A DNA stretch of 61,888 nt, counting the filler, from Asterionella formosa (lineage: Eukaryota): the NCBI GenBank assembly GCA_002256025.1. It is 22 parts of 22 records of this genome, joined end to end, with 100 filler letters (N's around TTAATTAATTAA, not from the genome) between each part and the next. Parts side by side here need not be neighbours in the genome. Positions count along the whole stretch, not along the records: positions 45,106 to 47,824 come from NKIB01014911.1; positions 47,925 to 50,638 come from NKIB01014912.1; positions 50,739 to 53,451 come from NKIB01014913.1; positions 53,552 to 56,264 come from NKIB01014914.1; positions 56,365 to 59,076 come from NKIB01014915.1; 17 more parts are not named here. The stretch is one strand, 5' to 3'. The notes beneath the pieces are model-generated. The model made no database searches. It was not told the DNA's origin and was given only the letters and a program-made list of their open reading frames with translations. Shown here piece after piece: positions 47,151 to 59,176 of this stretch. A program made the position numbers and the translations under genes. Each line of letters opens with the position of its first letter. The stretch's first letter is position 1.

Positions 47151-47481
47151 ATTAATATTGTTGCATTGATCTTACGTATCATTACCTATGCTGAATCTCA
47201 ATAGTAGATGTAGTATCATGTGAGAATTGAAAATGTCAAGGAGAACAAGTACCGGTAGAATGTGTTTGTTTACGGGTTGATTGGCGAGATTGTCATGCTG
47301 AAGTGGACGAAACAGATTACTTTGTGTGCAAAATCGGAAGTTGGTAGGGTTTATAATGTCGTTTATTTCTCCGTTCTGAATGATTGGACCATTAATAGCA
47401 GCAGCATCATGATCTACTAAACTATCAAGGAATAAACCATTATCATAGTCATCGGCATCAAAACAAACTGTTTGAACGAAA

Positions 47482-47721
47482 TCAATGGCTGCTGGCGATT
47501 GTTTCAGGAATTTTGCAAGGGGGTCTTGAGAGTGGTGTCGTCCATCTCTTCGAGAAGTCGCTACCATTGATGATGGCTGTCTGCGATGCTTGAATCTGAG
47601 ATTGAATCATATCTTGTTGCCCACACGAGGGGCTGTGTCTGTGATGACTACGAATTGATTTAAAAGGACCTTTACCACAGAATTTACATTTGTCCTTGTC
47701 GTTATTGTCACACAGATCCAT
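47482..47721 (-). pseudogene. Zinc-finger-bearing N-terminal fragment, possibly the start of a Plavaka-type transposase
   Basis: CKFCGKGPFKSIRSHHRHSPSC (CxxC...H...C). The frame breaks downstream. Confidence 0.35.
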
Positions 47722-47924
47722 GATATTTACTGTCGTTGCAGTGCTGTGTTGGCGAGAGAAAAATAAGAATAACAGGTAGCTAAAATAATGGACCTTGTTT
47801 GGCACATATTTGGCAAACAATACTNNNNNNNNNNNNNNNNNNNNNNNNNNNNNNNNNNNNNNNNNNNNTTAATTAATTAANNNNNNNNNNNNNNNNNNNN
47901 NNNNNNNNNNNNNNNNNNNNNNNN

Positions 47925-48217
47925 GCGTCCTCATGACACAGCTTCTTGACATGAGAATGCCATGACATTCTCTCATGCTCCCATTTCGCCTTCCTCTTTT
48001 TAACTTTCGTTTCAGCCTCCAGAGCCAGATGACAAAGGATAAAGAATTGATCATGGTCATCGTAATCAAAGAATTGATGGTTGTTTTCATTATCAAAAAA
48101 TTGATTACTGATGACATCATTACCATCATCATCATTGCCATCGTTGATATTCACGGCACCTTCTTCAGTCCAATGTTGATCCACTTGTTCGTCATTGTGC
48201 ACTGACAATGATGACAT
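47925..48217 (-). mobile_element. N-terminus of a second PIF/Harbinger transposase
   Basis: FFILCHLALEAE...KWEHERMSWHSHVKKLCHE matches FFFLCHLAKEAE...KWHHERISWQSHVEKLNHE at 92..610. Confidence 0.8.
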
Positions 48218-48659
48218 GGTGCTGATTGCTTGTAAACCTGAAAGGGGATGATGGCAAGCGGAAGTGTAAGAAGAAGTGTATAGAGGATCTTGCATGTCTG
48301 TGTTGACTCATGGCAAATCAAGAATTAAGCAGGTATGTCAGCTATATATTCCATACTGCTACATAATACGCGTAGTTTTCCTACATGGTTTTAGTAATGG
48401 AAAATTATCGAAATAGTCTGGAGGGAAGCCTGGAGGGATATGCACATGATTGTAGCCAGCCCGTAACCGTTGAATTTTCGTGATACTTTTTGGGTGATAC
48501 AATTTCATTTTTATTTTTGTGGAGAATGGATTTTTTCGGTTTAAATCGAGTAGCCGTTACATGATACTTTTTCAAAAAAATGATACCAAATCGAAAATGA
48601 TGGGTTGGGCGAAAGCTGTCTTGGAAAGGAAAGTGTGCTAAGAAGCATGTCAGTGACAT

Positions 48660-48954
48660 TGTTAGTGTTTCTGACGAGGTTTTTTCATTGTTGGTCTTGG
48701 AGAATTGTTGGGATGTCTGGTTGCATAAGGCAATGATGAAAGGTCATGAAGATGATACTCCTGCACCAAAATACGTTTATACCGGTACTGGAGGACAGGG
48801 AAAGAGATATGGTGGCTGGGACGCAAAGGGATATGCCAGGTTCAACAGCCTGTATGACATAGTTGTTCATCAAAGGACAACTGCCATGAGCAGGCAGTTG
48901 GAGATCAGCTTTAAGTCCAATCTTCTTGTTTTGGCTGGAGTTCCACAAGGTTAG
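48660..48954 (+). pseudogene. Fragment of a transposon-associated ORF (SDExF..LxLEN.W...GW...G..RFN motif)
   Basis: VSVSDEVF/LLVLENCWDVW...KY...GGWDAKGYARFNSLY..V, with a frameshift in a T run. Confidence 0.5.
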
Positions 48955-49020
48955 TCACTTCGGGGAAGTGAACAAAGTGGAATTGTTGAACTGATGTTCA
49001 TGGAAAATATTGACTAACTG

Positions 49021-49662
49021 ATGGACATTTTCATTGAAGTTACGCCAGGGAACAACAGTGTGCCTGACATTAGAGTTCGTAATGATCTAGTGGCCATTTC
49101 TCTTCCAGTAAGCACAACTCCGGCATCTTCCATCAGTGGATTGACTCCACAAGTTATTTCAGGAAGAACTTCAAGGATAACAACTGGTAGTACTAAGAGT
49201 TCAAAGAGTACAAAGAGTTTGAACGTGATTATTCACTTTCCCCCAGACCAAGTCAAGGGTGCCACAGATTGGTACTTCCAAGAGATGAAGAAAAAGATGT
49301 ATGTGAAGCTTCGGATGAATAAAAAGAGTGAAATTTATAAGGCTTGTATTGATCAGAACATTGCACCCCCAGACCTTTTTGGAGATGAAATTAAAGAAGG
49401 GATGATGAATGAAGAGAGCTACATTAAAAAATTCGAGGAGGTTGCAGCAAAGGGCGAGAGGAAATACAAAGTGGCTAAGAAGAAGATCTATGCAAAGTTG
49501 CAGAGGGACTTTTACAGGTTCAAGAAAAGCAAATTAGACGAAGAATCAGTGGAGAGGACAGATGAAAGAATCAAGGTGGCAAATGAAACTAGGAGTGAAT
49601 ATGAGTATTTCAAACGTTCAATGAAAGAAGTTGCAAGACAATTGAACTTCACTCCAGTTTAG
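49021..49662 (+). CDS. Hypothetical Lys/Glu-rich protein, 213 aa, likely transposon-associated
   Basis: Intact ATG-to-stop ORF with an S/T-rich linker and a charged helical half. No recognisable domain. Confidence 0.5.
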   Translation: MDIFIEVTPGNNSVPDIRVRNDLVAISLPVSTTPASSISGLTPQVISGRTSRITTGSTKSSKSTKSLNVIIHFPPDQVKGATDWYFQEMKKKMYVKLRMNKKSEIYKACIDQNIAPPDLFGDEIKEGMMNEESYIKKFEEVAAKGERKYKVAKKKIYAKLQRDFYRFKKSKLDEESVERTDERIKVANETRSEYEYFKRSMKEVARQLNFTPV

Positions 49663-49744
49663 TGAAAATGAATTTCAATTTTGACGAATTGACTATTGTC
49701 AAAGGGCAAATGAACTAGGAGCCAAAATTATTACTAATATTACT

Positions 49745-50638
49745 GATTTACTAATTCAATTGTTGACAGCAACTCATTCTTTCCTTCTTTTTCTATATTG
49801 TACTTGCTAGAGTTATCGCTCTTTCGAGTATTTGTAGCTGCTCCAAAAAGAAGGATGCCATTGCGGCAAATCTCAATTTAGAAGCAATACGGCAACATGC
49901 ATTGAATGTTAAAATATGCAGCAGCTGTTTCAAAACTAATTTACGAATTCAATCGTTGACAGCTGCTCCTCCTCTGCTTCTTTTTCTACATAGTACTTGC
50001 TAGAGTTATCGCTCTTGAGTATTTGTAGCTGCTCCGAAACGGAGAAGGCCATTGTGGCACATCTTAATTTTGACTCACTACGGCGAAATGCAAGGATAAT
50101 ATATGCAACAGCTGTTTCTTAACGAAATAACGGATTCAATTCCTTATTGTCAGCTACTCATCCTTTCCATCTTTTTCTATATTGTACTTGCTTGAGTCAT
50201 TGCTGTATACTATTTGTAGCCGCTCCGAAAAGAAGACGACCATTGCGGCACATCTCAATTTTGACTCACTAAGGCGACATGCAAGGTTAAAATATGCAAC
50301 AGCTGTTTCTTAACGAATTTACGGATTCAATTGTTGTCAGCTACTCATCCTTTCCTTCTTTTTCTATATTGTACTTGCTAGAGTTATCGCTGTAGACTAT
50401 TTGTAGCTGCTCCGAAACGGAGAAGGCCATTGCGGCACATCTCAATTTTGACTCACTACGGCGACATGCAAGGTTAAAATATGCAACAGCTGTTTCTTAA
50501 CGAATTTACGGATTCAATTGTTGTCAGCTACTCATCCTTTCCTTCTTTTTCTATATTGTACTTGCTAGAGTTATCGCTGTAGACTATTTGTAGCTGCTCC
50601 GAAACGGAGAAGGCCATTGCGGCACATCTCAATTTTGA
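49745..50638. repeat. Satellite-like tandem repeat, ~187-193-bp unit, ~5 copies running off the contig
   Basis: Anchor CAGC(T/A)(A/G)CTC at 49767, 49960, 50151, 50338 and 50525. The last units are near-identical. Confidence 0.93.
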
Positions 50639-51088
50639 NNNNNNNNNNNNNNNNNNNNNNNNNNNNNNNNNNNNNNNNNNNNTTAATTAATTAANNNNNN
50701 NNNNNNNNNNNNNNNNNNNNNNNNNNNNNNNNNNNNNNATTGATGCAAATTTTTTTTCAGAAACAGTACCGGTACACGAAGTTGTGGAAAGCAACGGACA
50801 TATTGTGCATTGAACATTTTCGAATTATCTATATGCAAATATGATCATCTCAACAATACCAGACATGCCATACTAAGAGTGCCTTTGAAAATTTATAAAT
50901 GTACAACACTTAATAAATTTATATATTTACAAATTTTATAACTATTTACATGGCAAATAGTGACGAATAAGAAAATTTTAGAGTAAGTGTGGAGGTTGGT
51001 GGGTTGCACTGGGACACGGAGTGCCCCACAGAATTCGAGTGTGGGGATCAGATTGTTTCGGAAGGGCGACGGGGTTGGGTGTGGCAAA

Positions 51089-52300
51089 CTAGGTACTGGG
51101 TGATAGTACCCTGCCAGCGCTTGTCGAATTTAATTTGACTGTTAAGGCGATACTGGCCAGCCAGGCTTCCATTTGTGATGGGGTGAGTTGAAGATGTTGT
51201 GATAGTGGGAGACCAAAGAGATGGCCCCTCTCATCTATTGGAACTGAAAGGGTGTGTTCATATGCTACTGTAACTGAGATGACTAATGTGCTGAACCGTT
51301 TTGCTGTGGCAGCCTGAGCTGTGGCTCCATAGACGAAGTCATTGAGGTCTTTCCATTTGGTGGATGTGAAGGACCTGAAGCTGCGTATCATTGGGCGAGT
51401 CAAAGTGGCAGCGTTGTATGGAGTGGAGAAGCGCTGGGTGTAATAATTTGACATTGCATAGCCCCACTGCTGGGAGAGATGCCTGCGAACGAAGTGATGC
51501 CGCCACCCAATCTTTGACTGCTGTTGGTGAGCTGCATGAACCGCAGTGGCGAAAGGTTCGGTGCTAAGTGGAAGTGGGAATGGCCAGTGGGTGCTGGGAC
51601 AACCCTCTTCCCAAGCAACAATGCCTGATTCAAGGGCAGTGATAAGAAATGGAGGGGTTTTTAGTTTTTCAACTAGAACTTGGCTGACTTAGGCCCAGCT
51701 TTAATGCTGGGATGAAGTGGCAGAGGGACACTGAAGAACGTGATCATGGGTTTCGATAGCAAAAGCACATCGTAGGCACTGAGAGGTGGGATGCTGGCTG
51801 CTTGTAAGTAGGCCATTGGCCATTCACAAGTTTAAACATTGCCAGTTTTCTAACGTAGCCTAGATATTGAGTTTGCTGAGAGAGGTAAACGAGAATAGGT
51901 TACATCGCCAGAGTCTTGGTGACTCTTCACATGGTGGACTGATAGGTCAACCGAAATACTAGATGTCAAGACAACCTGAGCTGTATGCACCAAATCCCAA
52001 TAAGTAAGGTGGCATGCCTGAATTGAGTAGGAGTGGGCTGTAGAATGGGTAACCAGGGCTTTGTTGTCAATATGGACTTGACCAACTATTGGAGGAGATA
52101 TCGGTATGATAATTGGTGATACAGACGATCACAACAAAATATGTGGTTTTAGAGGAGGGAATGGAAAATACAGAGCGACTTCATTCCTGTAGAGATTGTC
52201 CAGTTAATACTCCTAACTCGGATAATCCAGGCAGAAGCTAAATGCGAACCACGGCTTGTGACATACATTCAACCATATTTGGACTGGGTGCTAAATCACA
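51089..52300 (-). mobile_element. Degenerate non-LTR retrotransposon 3' region (RNase H and Cys-rich remnants)
   Basis: Broken frames giving VHIDNKALV...WDL (RNase H-like), IGW.HF.R..LSQQW and QMEAWL, with many stops. Confidence 0.55.
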
Positions 52301-53551
52301 GTAATCATTCTGATGCGATTGACCCCTCATTTCGCTGCAGTCAATCAGCATCATGAAAACAATATTTATTTAGCTAAGAAAACCGAGGACAAATTAGGAT
52401 TCTTTTACAATGACTTTCAATCGCCAATTTTATCGATGAATGTTTGAAGCGAAAAAGGTTGCATGTGATCAATTCTCAACATCGGTAGTAAGTATGATTT
52501 TAAAAGAGGATAATGGCAATTTGCGTTCAATTATGGGATGCGCGACTCCAAAAGTAACAATGATGGGAAGGAAGAAAACGACTGTAAGCTCGTTTTGAGG
52601 AATATAATTGTTAAAAATCAGACAGGTTTTTTCAGGTTTAATGATGATAGTGACAAGTTGTAATTGTTTTCCTGCAAATATTTGAGTGGCCAGCCCAGCC
52701 AATGGAAAATGGCATTTGGTGATATGTACATGTATGCAATTAATACATGAAGGTTCACTTGGTTTCGAATAATTTAATTATGTGCTGTTAATTTAATGAC
52801 AGAAAGAGAGTATATACTCACATATATGTAGCTAGTAACAAAGGCATTTTTTCAACAAAGCCAACCCTCACGTGGACAAGGAGTATGTTGGCTACATAAT
52901 TCTTTATATGCAAACAGTAAAAATACTAGTGGGGTCAGCAATTTGACACAATTGTTTTTGCCCAGAGGGAGTGTCTGGTGACATCATTCATTGACACTTC
53001 ATGTAGGACAATGATGCCTCTCCATCAAGGTCAAAACATGAGAGAGCGACTCAATCGAGCTCTTTCGATGACTAGGACTCAAATGAAGGGGCTCATTAGC
53101 TTGAAGCCCCTTGATCAGGTTCCGTAAATTGCTAGTTATTCCGATCAGAGAAGATTTCTCAACTTGATCCTCACCAGGGTGCAAATTCAGATTTGGCAAG
53201 GAAGGCTGCTTCACAGCCACCCACGTAAAGACACGCTTATTTGTGTCACTTCCAATTTGATCACTAGCCTTTCTCTTGAGTGTGGTAGTTGAAACTTTGG
53301 AGACTGTATCAATGTCCTTGATACCCCTGACATGGACATTGTTGTCAGGTTGTTTAAGGATCAATGGAGGAAACGTGTGATCTTGCTCTACTACGAACCT
53401 TTGAGATTCACCGCAACATTGTCGTAAGCTACCAGATTCCGGATCGGAATTNNNNNNNNNNNNNNNNNNNNNNNNNNNNNNNNNNNNNNNNNNNNTTAAT
53501 TAATTAANNNNNNNNNNNNNNNNNNNNNNNNNNNNNNNNNNNNNNNNNNNN

Positions 53552-54548
53552 TCAAATTCATTTTAAGGAGCTGGCTTTTATCTGCATTGCAAGTCAATCC
53601 AAACCACTCACAATAATTGTTGATACTAAATAGCCATGAAGACCTGCTATTGAATTGGTCATTATAACCTTGGTTGAACCCCTGGTTTCCAGAGGTTGCA
53701 TAATAAAGGGTCACCAAGGCATAGATTTGGAGTAATTCAGTATCCATGATTTCTGCAGTACCTTGCTCACTTTCTAACCAGATCATTGCCTGCTGCTGTG
53801 GGGAGCCGTCAGTCAAAAGTGCAGCCCCATTATCAAACGAGTTCTCAGATAAAAAGAGGAACAAAACAGAAGTTGGACTTGGTGATGGAGGAACTGATGT
53901 TGGATTCGATGTGAAAGGAGCCAATGTCTCATTGCCTGACTTGTTCCGAGTAAGCACAACTGCAACTACAGCAGCAACAATCGCAACAAGACTTGTGAGT
54001 CCACAAGATACCATGATGTTAATCATGCTACGGCGACGTTGGGCCTTCGCTTCAGCTTCAGCATCGACAATTGCTACCCTTGCAGGAATATCAGGGGCAG
54101 ATTCATCAACTAGAATGGCACTCACGGCCTCATGTTGGCCTCCCTCTATGCTATGCATGGCGAGTGGTTGCTGACTTATTCCCTGGGACTCCTCCAAAGA
54201 CCATTCATCGTCGGCACTTGACCTTGCATGACCACTCCCTCCCACTGCGACTGCTCCAGGAAGTGTTTGTGGAGGTGCTCCTGGTTCTTCATGCTCCACC
54301 ACCGCAGGAGAATCCTCCTGCAAAATGTTAGGCGCTGGTCCAGCCCTGTGGTTAACATATTCCTTTCCATTAATGTCTTCTCCATGTGAAGATTCAGAGT
54401 CCCGAGCTCGTTCTTCCTCCTTTGCTTCGTCAGCAAAAGATACCCTGCTGGCATAATCGCTCTTCTGTTTTGCAGTGCCAGAAGGTTTCACTGACCTTAC
54501 GTGATCATATTGGCTGCCTTTCTTGACTTCCTTGCTGTCTTCTTTCAT
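53552..54548 (-). CDS. N-terminal half of an LRR type II membrane protein (same family as contigs 5 and 7), 3'-partial
   Basis: Disordered N-terminus with PGAVAV, TM helix LVAIVAAVVAVVL, PT/PS stalk, then cap SFDNGAALL...QQQAMIWL...YALVTLYYATSG...YCEWFGLTC, near-identical to 13200-13550. Confidence 0.88.
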
Positions 54549-54948
54549 ACTGCTGCTTGTTGTATATTGTGTTTAGTGCGCAGAATAATCACAACAGTAA
54601 GGCAAGGACAAGATTGTGTGGAGAAGAAAAGAACAAAGCATCAAACGAACAAGCAAAACTTCGCAAGCAATATTCTCAAGGGAGGTCTGCAAAAAGAAGA
54701 TTCGTTTATCGTGGAAAATACTATGTACGGGTGAACGAATATTGCAGTGCAGTGTGGGCGCGTGGATGAACGTATCGTGTCATACGGTACAGGGGACTAA
54801 CTAGCCATTAGAGTGTTTTAGCGATAGTACAGCGTGCAAGCTTGGAGCAGCGAATGCGCTAGAACGGCGTAGGTGTATAACCTTTATCTTTCTTTCCTTT
54901 TGCACCATGTAAGTTGTTCTGCCGACCACACTAGCGTATTTCTTCGGT

Positions 54949-54970
54949 TTATCAGACCCAGCGCTCTAAC
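54949..54970 (+). other. Candidate primer-binding site resembling the complement of a tRNA-Ile 5' half
   Basis: TTATCAGACCCAGCGCTCTAAC; its reverse complement GTTAGAGCG...CTGATAA resembles the D-arm to anticodon loop of tRNA-Ile. It lies upstream of copia gag. Confidence 0.45.
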
Positions 54971-55193
54971 GATGACCACTTGAGTTATCTTTGAATCGGA
55001 GAAGAGCGTACAGTGCGAGCAAATAGGAGCGTCGAATTCGAACCATCGAGACAAGGCGTCTGGCGTTACGTGTTCGTAACGAATTTTTCATATTCAGTAT
55101 GTAGTGTCATGTGTGCGTACCGAATTTGGATGATGATGATCATTCGCAGGCGTCGGTGACCGTGTGCACTTGAGTCGTACCGACGGGTATCCG

Positions 55194-55309
55194 CAGACGA
55201 CCAGCGAGCAATAGCGATTGTGGCCGGAGTTGAACTGATCACTCAACGACCACAGACGACCAGAGAGCGATAGCGATTGTGGCCGGAGTTGAACTGATCA
55301 CTCAACGAC
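55194..55309. repeat. 59-bp tandem duplication in the copia 5' leader
   Basis: CAGACGACCAG.GAGC.ATAGCGATTGTGGCCGGAGTTGAACTGATCACTCAACGAC at 55194 and 55253. Confidence 0.9.
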
Positions 55310-55434
55310 GGCATTGGCGTAACTGTGCTGCCTGCACACAAGTACTATTTGTTACAGCGGGACTCCACTGACGACATGCGTTTGCGTTTGCGAAATACTA
55401 TCATTCTCTTTTCCCAGCAAATCCACTCATTATC

Positions 55435-56040
55435 ATGGCGAATAACTTGGTCGGAGTCGCCCACGTTCTGTTGGCAATCGGTTTTGAGGTCGCTGTCGAA
55501 TGTATGAACATCATGGCAGCAGGTATTAGCGAGTTTGAGGACTTCCGTTATCTAGTAGAAAAGGACATTCGTGACATGGCGGACGAATTTGCGAAGCGTA
55601 GCATGGCAAACGGTAAGATTGTTTTTGGACTTGGACGCACAAAGAAATTGACAGGCGTTATGCATTGGGTCCAGGATTGTCATCGAGTTAACGATGTTCC
55701 GGACCACAACGATTTCAATGTTGAGATTCTGTATCAATCGTTGAGCCTTGCGCAGATCAGGAAGTCCGACATAGATCTTGTGGCTACTAATTCCAAGGCT
55801 GCCGATCCGGAAAAATTCAAAGATGAGAGGAAGTGGCCTGAGTGGGAAAAGGCCTTTATCAACTACTTGGCTGTCATTCCCGGCGTTAGCGGCATACCAT
55901 TGTCTTATGTGGTAAAAGAAGCGGAGGATCCCGAAGCTGAGGCCGATTATGGCTCATTCAACGAGCGCATGATCCATCGTGCCCCCCTTAACGGTCAGTA
56001 TTACATTGCGGATGCGAGACGTGTGCAAACACTGTTACTT
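55435..56040 (+). mobile_element. Copia (CoDi-type) gag, truncated
   Basis: PEKFK...KW.EW...F.NYL..IPGVSGIPLSYVV...APL.G..Y..D.RRV. It then switches to AT-rich sequence with 21-bp repeats (56095-56175). Confidence 0.8.
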
Positions 56041-56364
56041 GCATCTAAGACGCCGTTTACGGCACTTTTTCGAATTTATGTCTAAAGTGACGTATTTATG
56101 CTACTTTTTTAAAATATTATGTTACTTTTCTAAATTTTTATGTTACTTTTTTGAAATATTATGCTACTTTTTCCCTAATTTATTCGGGTTAAACAAAAAT
56201 TTATTTCACTTATCGAATAATTATGTGATCACACCAATAATTATGTGTGTTCGTGACAATATATNNNNNNNNNNNNNNNNNNNNNNNNNNNNNNNNNNNN
56301 NNNNNNNNTTAATTAATTAANNNNNNNNNNNNNNNNNNNNNNNNNNNNNNNNNNNNNNNNNNNN

Positions 56365-56740
56365 AAAAATTTGGAACACCAATCAACTTCTTCGATGGAT
56401 TCTTAGAATCATTCTTGAAAGAAAAAATGAAACGTCCAAGTAAAAGAGTATATTGTCATACTATTCCATGGAATGAGGATTCATTACCCTCGTCATTTGA
56501 TTAAAAAAATTTGGAACACCTATCAACTTCTTCGATGGATTCTTAGAATCATTCTTGAAAAAAAAAATGAAACGTCCAAGTAAAAGAGTATATTGTCATA
56601 CTATTTCATGGAATGAGGATTCATTACCCTCGTCATTTGATTAAAAAAATTTGGAACACCTATCAACTTCTTCGATGGATTCTTAGAATCATTCTTGAAA
56701 GAAAAATTGAAAAGTCCAAGCAAAAGAGTAAATGGTCATA
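56365..56740. repeat. 140-bp tandem repeat (~2.7 copies) within the transposase remnant
   Basis: TTGGAACACC anchor at 56371, 56511 and 56651. Confidence 0.93.
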
Positions 56741-57740
56741 CACAGTCTACAACACATTATATTATTGAGGAGTTGTGACGAAGGAAGACAATATTCACTT
56801 GACAGGAGGAAAATTCTCTTCCCCAGTGAATATGTTATGTCCCTGTTGGCCGGTAAAGGATGAAAATACTGATACATCAACAAATACTGATACATAAATA
56901 TCTGATGAATCTGATGTCAATGATATAGATTCAAGCGATATACCCATTCATAAGGCATCCATTCTTATGAAACCCAAAATAATTCAATTCTTGGCAGAAA
57001 AAGATGACAGTGGAATTTGGTACATTTCCGGAAGGACTAAGCAATCAAAAACTGAACCCAAAACAATCAGATGGGACAGTCTACTTCCGCCTATTCCGCC
57101 CTGACAACGACCACTGGAAAGCAGCGGTTAAGAACTTCGTAAAGTCTGCCGTTCAGCGATGTAATGACAAAATTTTTATTGGAACTATATCAGTAGAGTT
57201 ACTCAGGATCGATTTCTATTACCATGTTACTATTGTTTCCAAAGATGGCAATGCAAAAACAATTTTGAGATGCAATCAAATTTGGAACAAAAAGGATAAT
57301 AGTATTTATCAAGTAACCAAGAATTTCTGGTTTGATTGGGTTGAAGTGAATTGGGAAAGTCGGAATGGTAATTAATACACGGGCCACTGTACCAGCAAAA
57401 CTACTTTAATGGGGGAACGCATGTCATTTACTCGGATGTATTGAATCACTCCTGGCATCTTATTGTTCGTTGAGAAGCACCAAGAATATGACCGCCCATG
57501 ATCGCATGTCTTTTACTACATGAGATTATATTTGTGATGACAATACTGGTTTAAGCGTTGTTTGTTGAGCATAACAACATACTTTGCACAGCGTTTGTAG
57601 TCCCTGCTTTACCGCCAGGTACACCCAGAACATGTATGAGTTCAAGAGAAACCGTATCCGCCATGGAAAACACTGATTATTATATAGCATTGTTACCGCC
57701 ACGAGATCAATGGAAATTGATTGGTTGGGATATTTATTAA
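56365..57740 (+). mobile_element. Degenerate Plavaka/CACTA-like transposase C-terminus
   Basis: KKFGTPINFFDGFLESFLKEKMKRPSKR parallels FGSPQVFNGGPMEKNLK..CKLPAKT on contig 11. Also LRCN...WFDWVEVNW and TAFVVP...PPRDQW. Confidence 0.7.
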
Positions 57741-57849
57741 GCTAAAGAGCTACGGAGGCAACGATATCATCTTGCTTCACTTAAATTTAGAAAATACTCC
57801 GCTCATCAAGTGCATACTAGGTTGTTACAAATTCATTAGATATATTTTA

Positions 57850-58640
57850 ATCATTTTTATTGCGCATTCTTACTAGTCTATTCCTAGATTTGTCTTCATT
57901 GTGCTCCATGGCCCATAGGAGGTGGGGTGTTGGGAATTCATTAGATATGTATGCATGTTCTCTTTTCTTTCGAGGACCTGATGATGAATACTATGAACTG
58001 TAATCCAAATTTGACAATGCTTTTCAAATTATGCCAAGAAGCCTGTTCCTCTTTTCTTCTGTATCAATTCTGGTATTAACAACATTTGTACACTTGTCTT
58101 TGTTCTCGTCATAGTATAATTCCAAATGGAGCTCCTCCATGTCTTGTTCGATTTCTTCTTTTGTTGCTTCATCCATTTCACTATCAGCTTGGCTCTGCAT
58201 GTTGTTGTCCTGTCCTGAGCTTTTCTGGTGTTTGACGATCACGCTCATCTTCGTAAAAAACGTAGACATCTTCTGTTTCTTCCGTTGGGTATCTTTTGTA
58301 TTCTTGAGTCTTGCTTCTTCTGTTCTAGTTGGGTCTACACCTGTTCCATGAACTCTCCCACAAACATATTGTGATCAAACGCAAGATCAACATCATCGCG
58401 TTCATAGTTGCTTTGTGCTCTTGTGTTTTCCTTTGTTTTCTTCTTAAGCTCTTCTTCTTTTGTATTATCTTTTTATCTGATTTGAGTAACATATTAGTTT
58501 TAGTTGTTCCACTGAACTGTTCTTTTCCTGTGCCGCTTGATTAGCCGCTCGCGTGTGTGGCTGTTGTACTATGAAATTCGCACTTTGATGCTGTAGTACT
58601 GTGGAAGCCCTTATTTATCTCGCCTTCATACTTGGCTAAA
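57850..58640 (-). pseudogene. Accessory gene convergent with the Plavaka-like transposase, frameshifted
   Basis: Reads KYEG...LLKSDKK...NYERDDVDLAF...EEIEQDMEEL...HLLWAMEHN. Homologous pieces lie at 1760-2160 and 6400-6485. Confidence 0.6.
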
Positions 58641-58723
58641 AAGTATAATTTGTGATATAATATACGCATGATATGATATTTTTATTAGGAAGAAGATATT
58701 TCGCCCCCCTCTTTTTGATCAAC

Positions 58724-58803
58724 CCTTAAACCCTACCGGTTTGTATGTAGCTTTTCTTACATAATAGCCTTCATATAAACCACCAATATTTTTTTGCCAC
58801 ACG
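58724..58803. repeat. Dispersed motif shared with 3801-3862
   Basis: CCTTAAACCCTAC ... TAG.CTTC.TATAAACCACCAATA.TTTTTTGCCACACG occurs on both contigs. Confidence 0.75.
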
Positions 58804-59176
58804 GAACTCAGTTTGCTTGATGACACTCGTGTTGGAGAAAATATTTTAGGAAAGAAAATCCCGGTATAAATTACCTACTACATATTGAATCGAATGAATC
58901 GAGAAAGAATATGGTACCAGAGAATTCGAAAACAATCTACGCCAACAGTAAAAACCCATAATTCTATTAAAACTCTTAGGAACGATTACAATCGATCACG
59001 GAGACATCGTTGTTATATCTACAGCCTATTTGGTCCCTGACGTGTCCTTACAGGATACAAGAAAGCATAGAGTGCTNNNNNNNNNNNNNNNNNNNNNNNN
59101 NNNNNNNNNNNNNNNNNNNNTTAATTAATTAANNNNNNNNNNNNNNNNNNNNNNNNNNNNNNNNNNNNNNNNNNNN

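Noticed and set aside
52999..53364. 121-aa minus-strand ORF at the end of contig 19
   Set aside because: It may be a real 3' exon, but there is no recognisable motif or support to name it.
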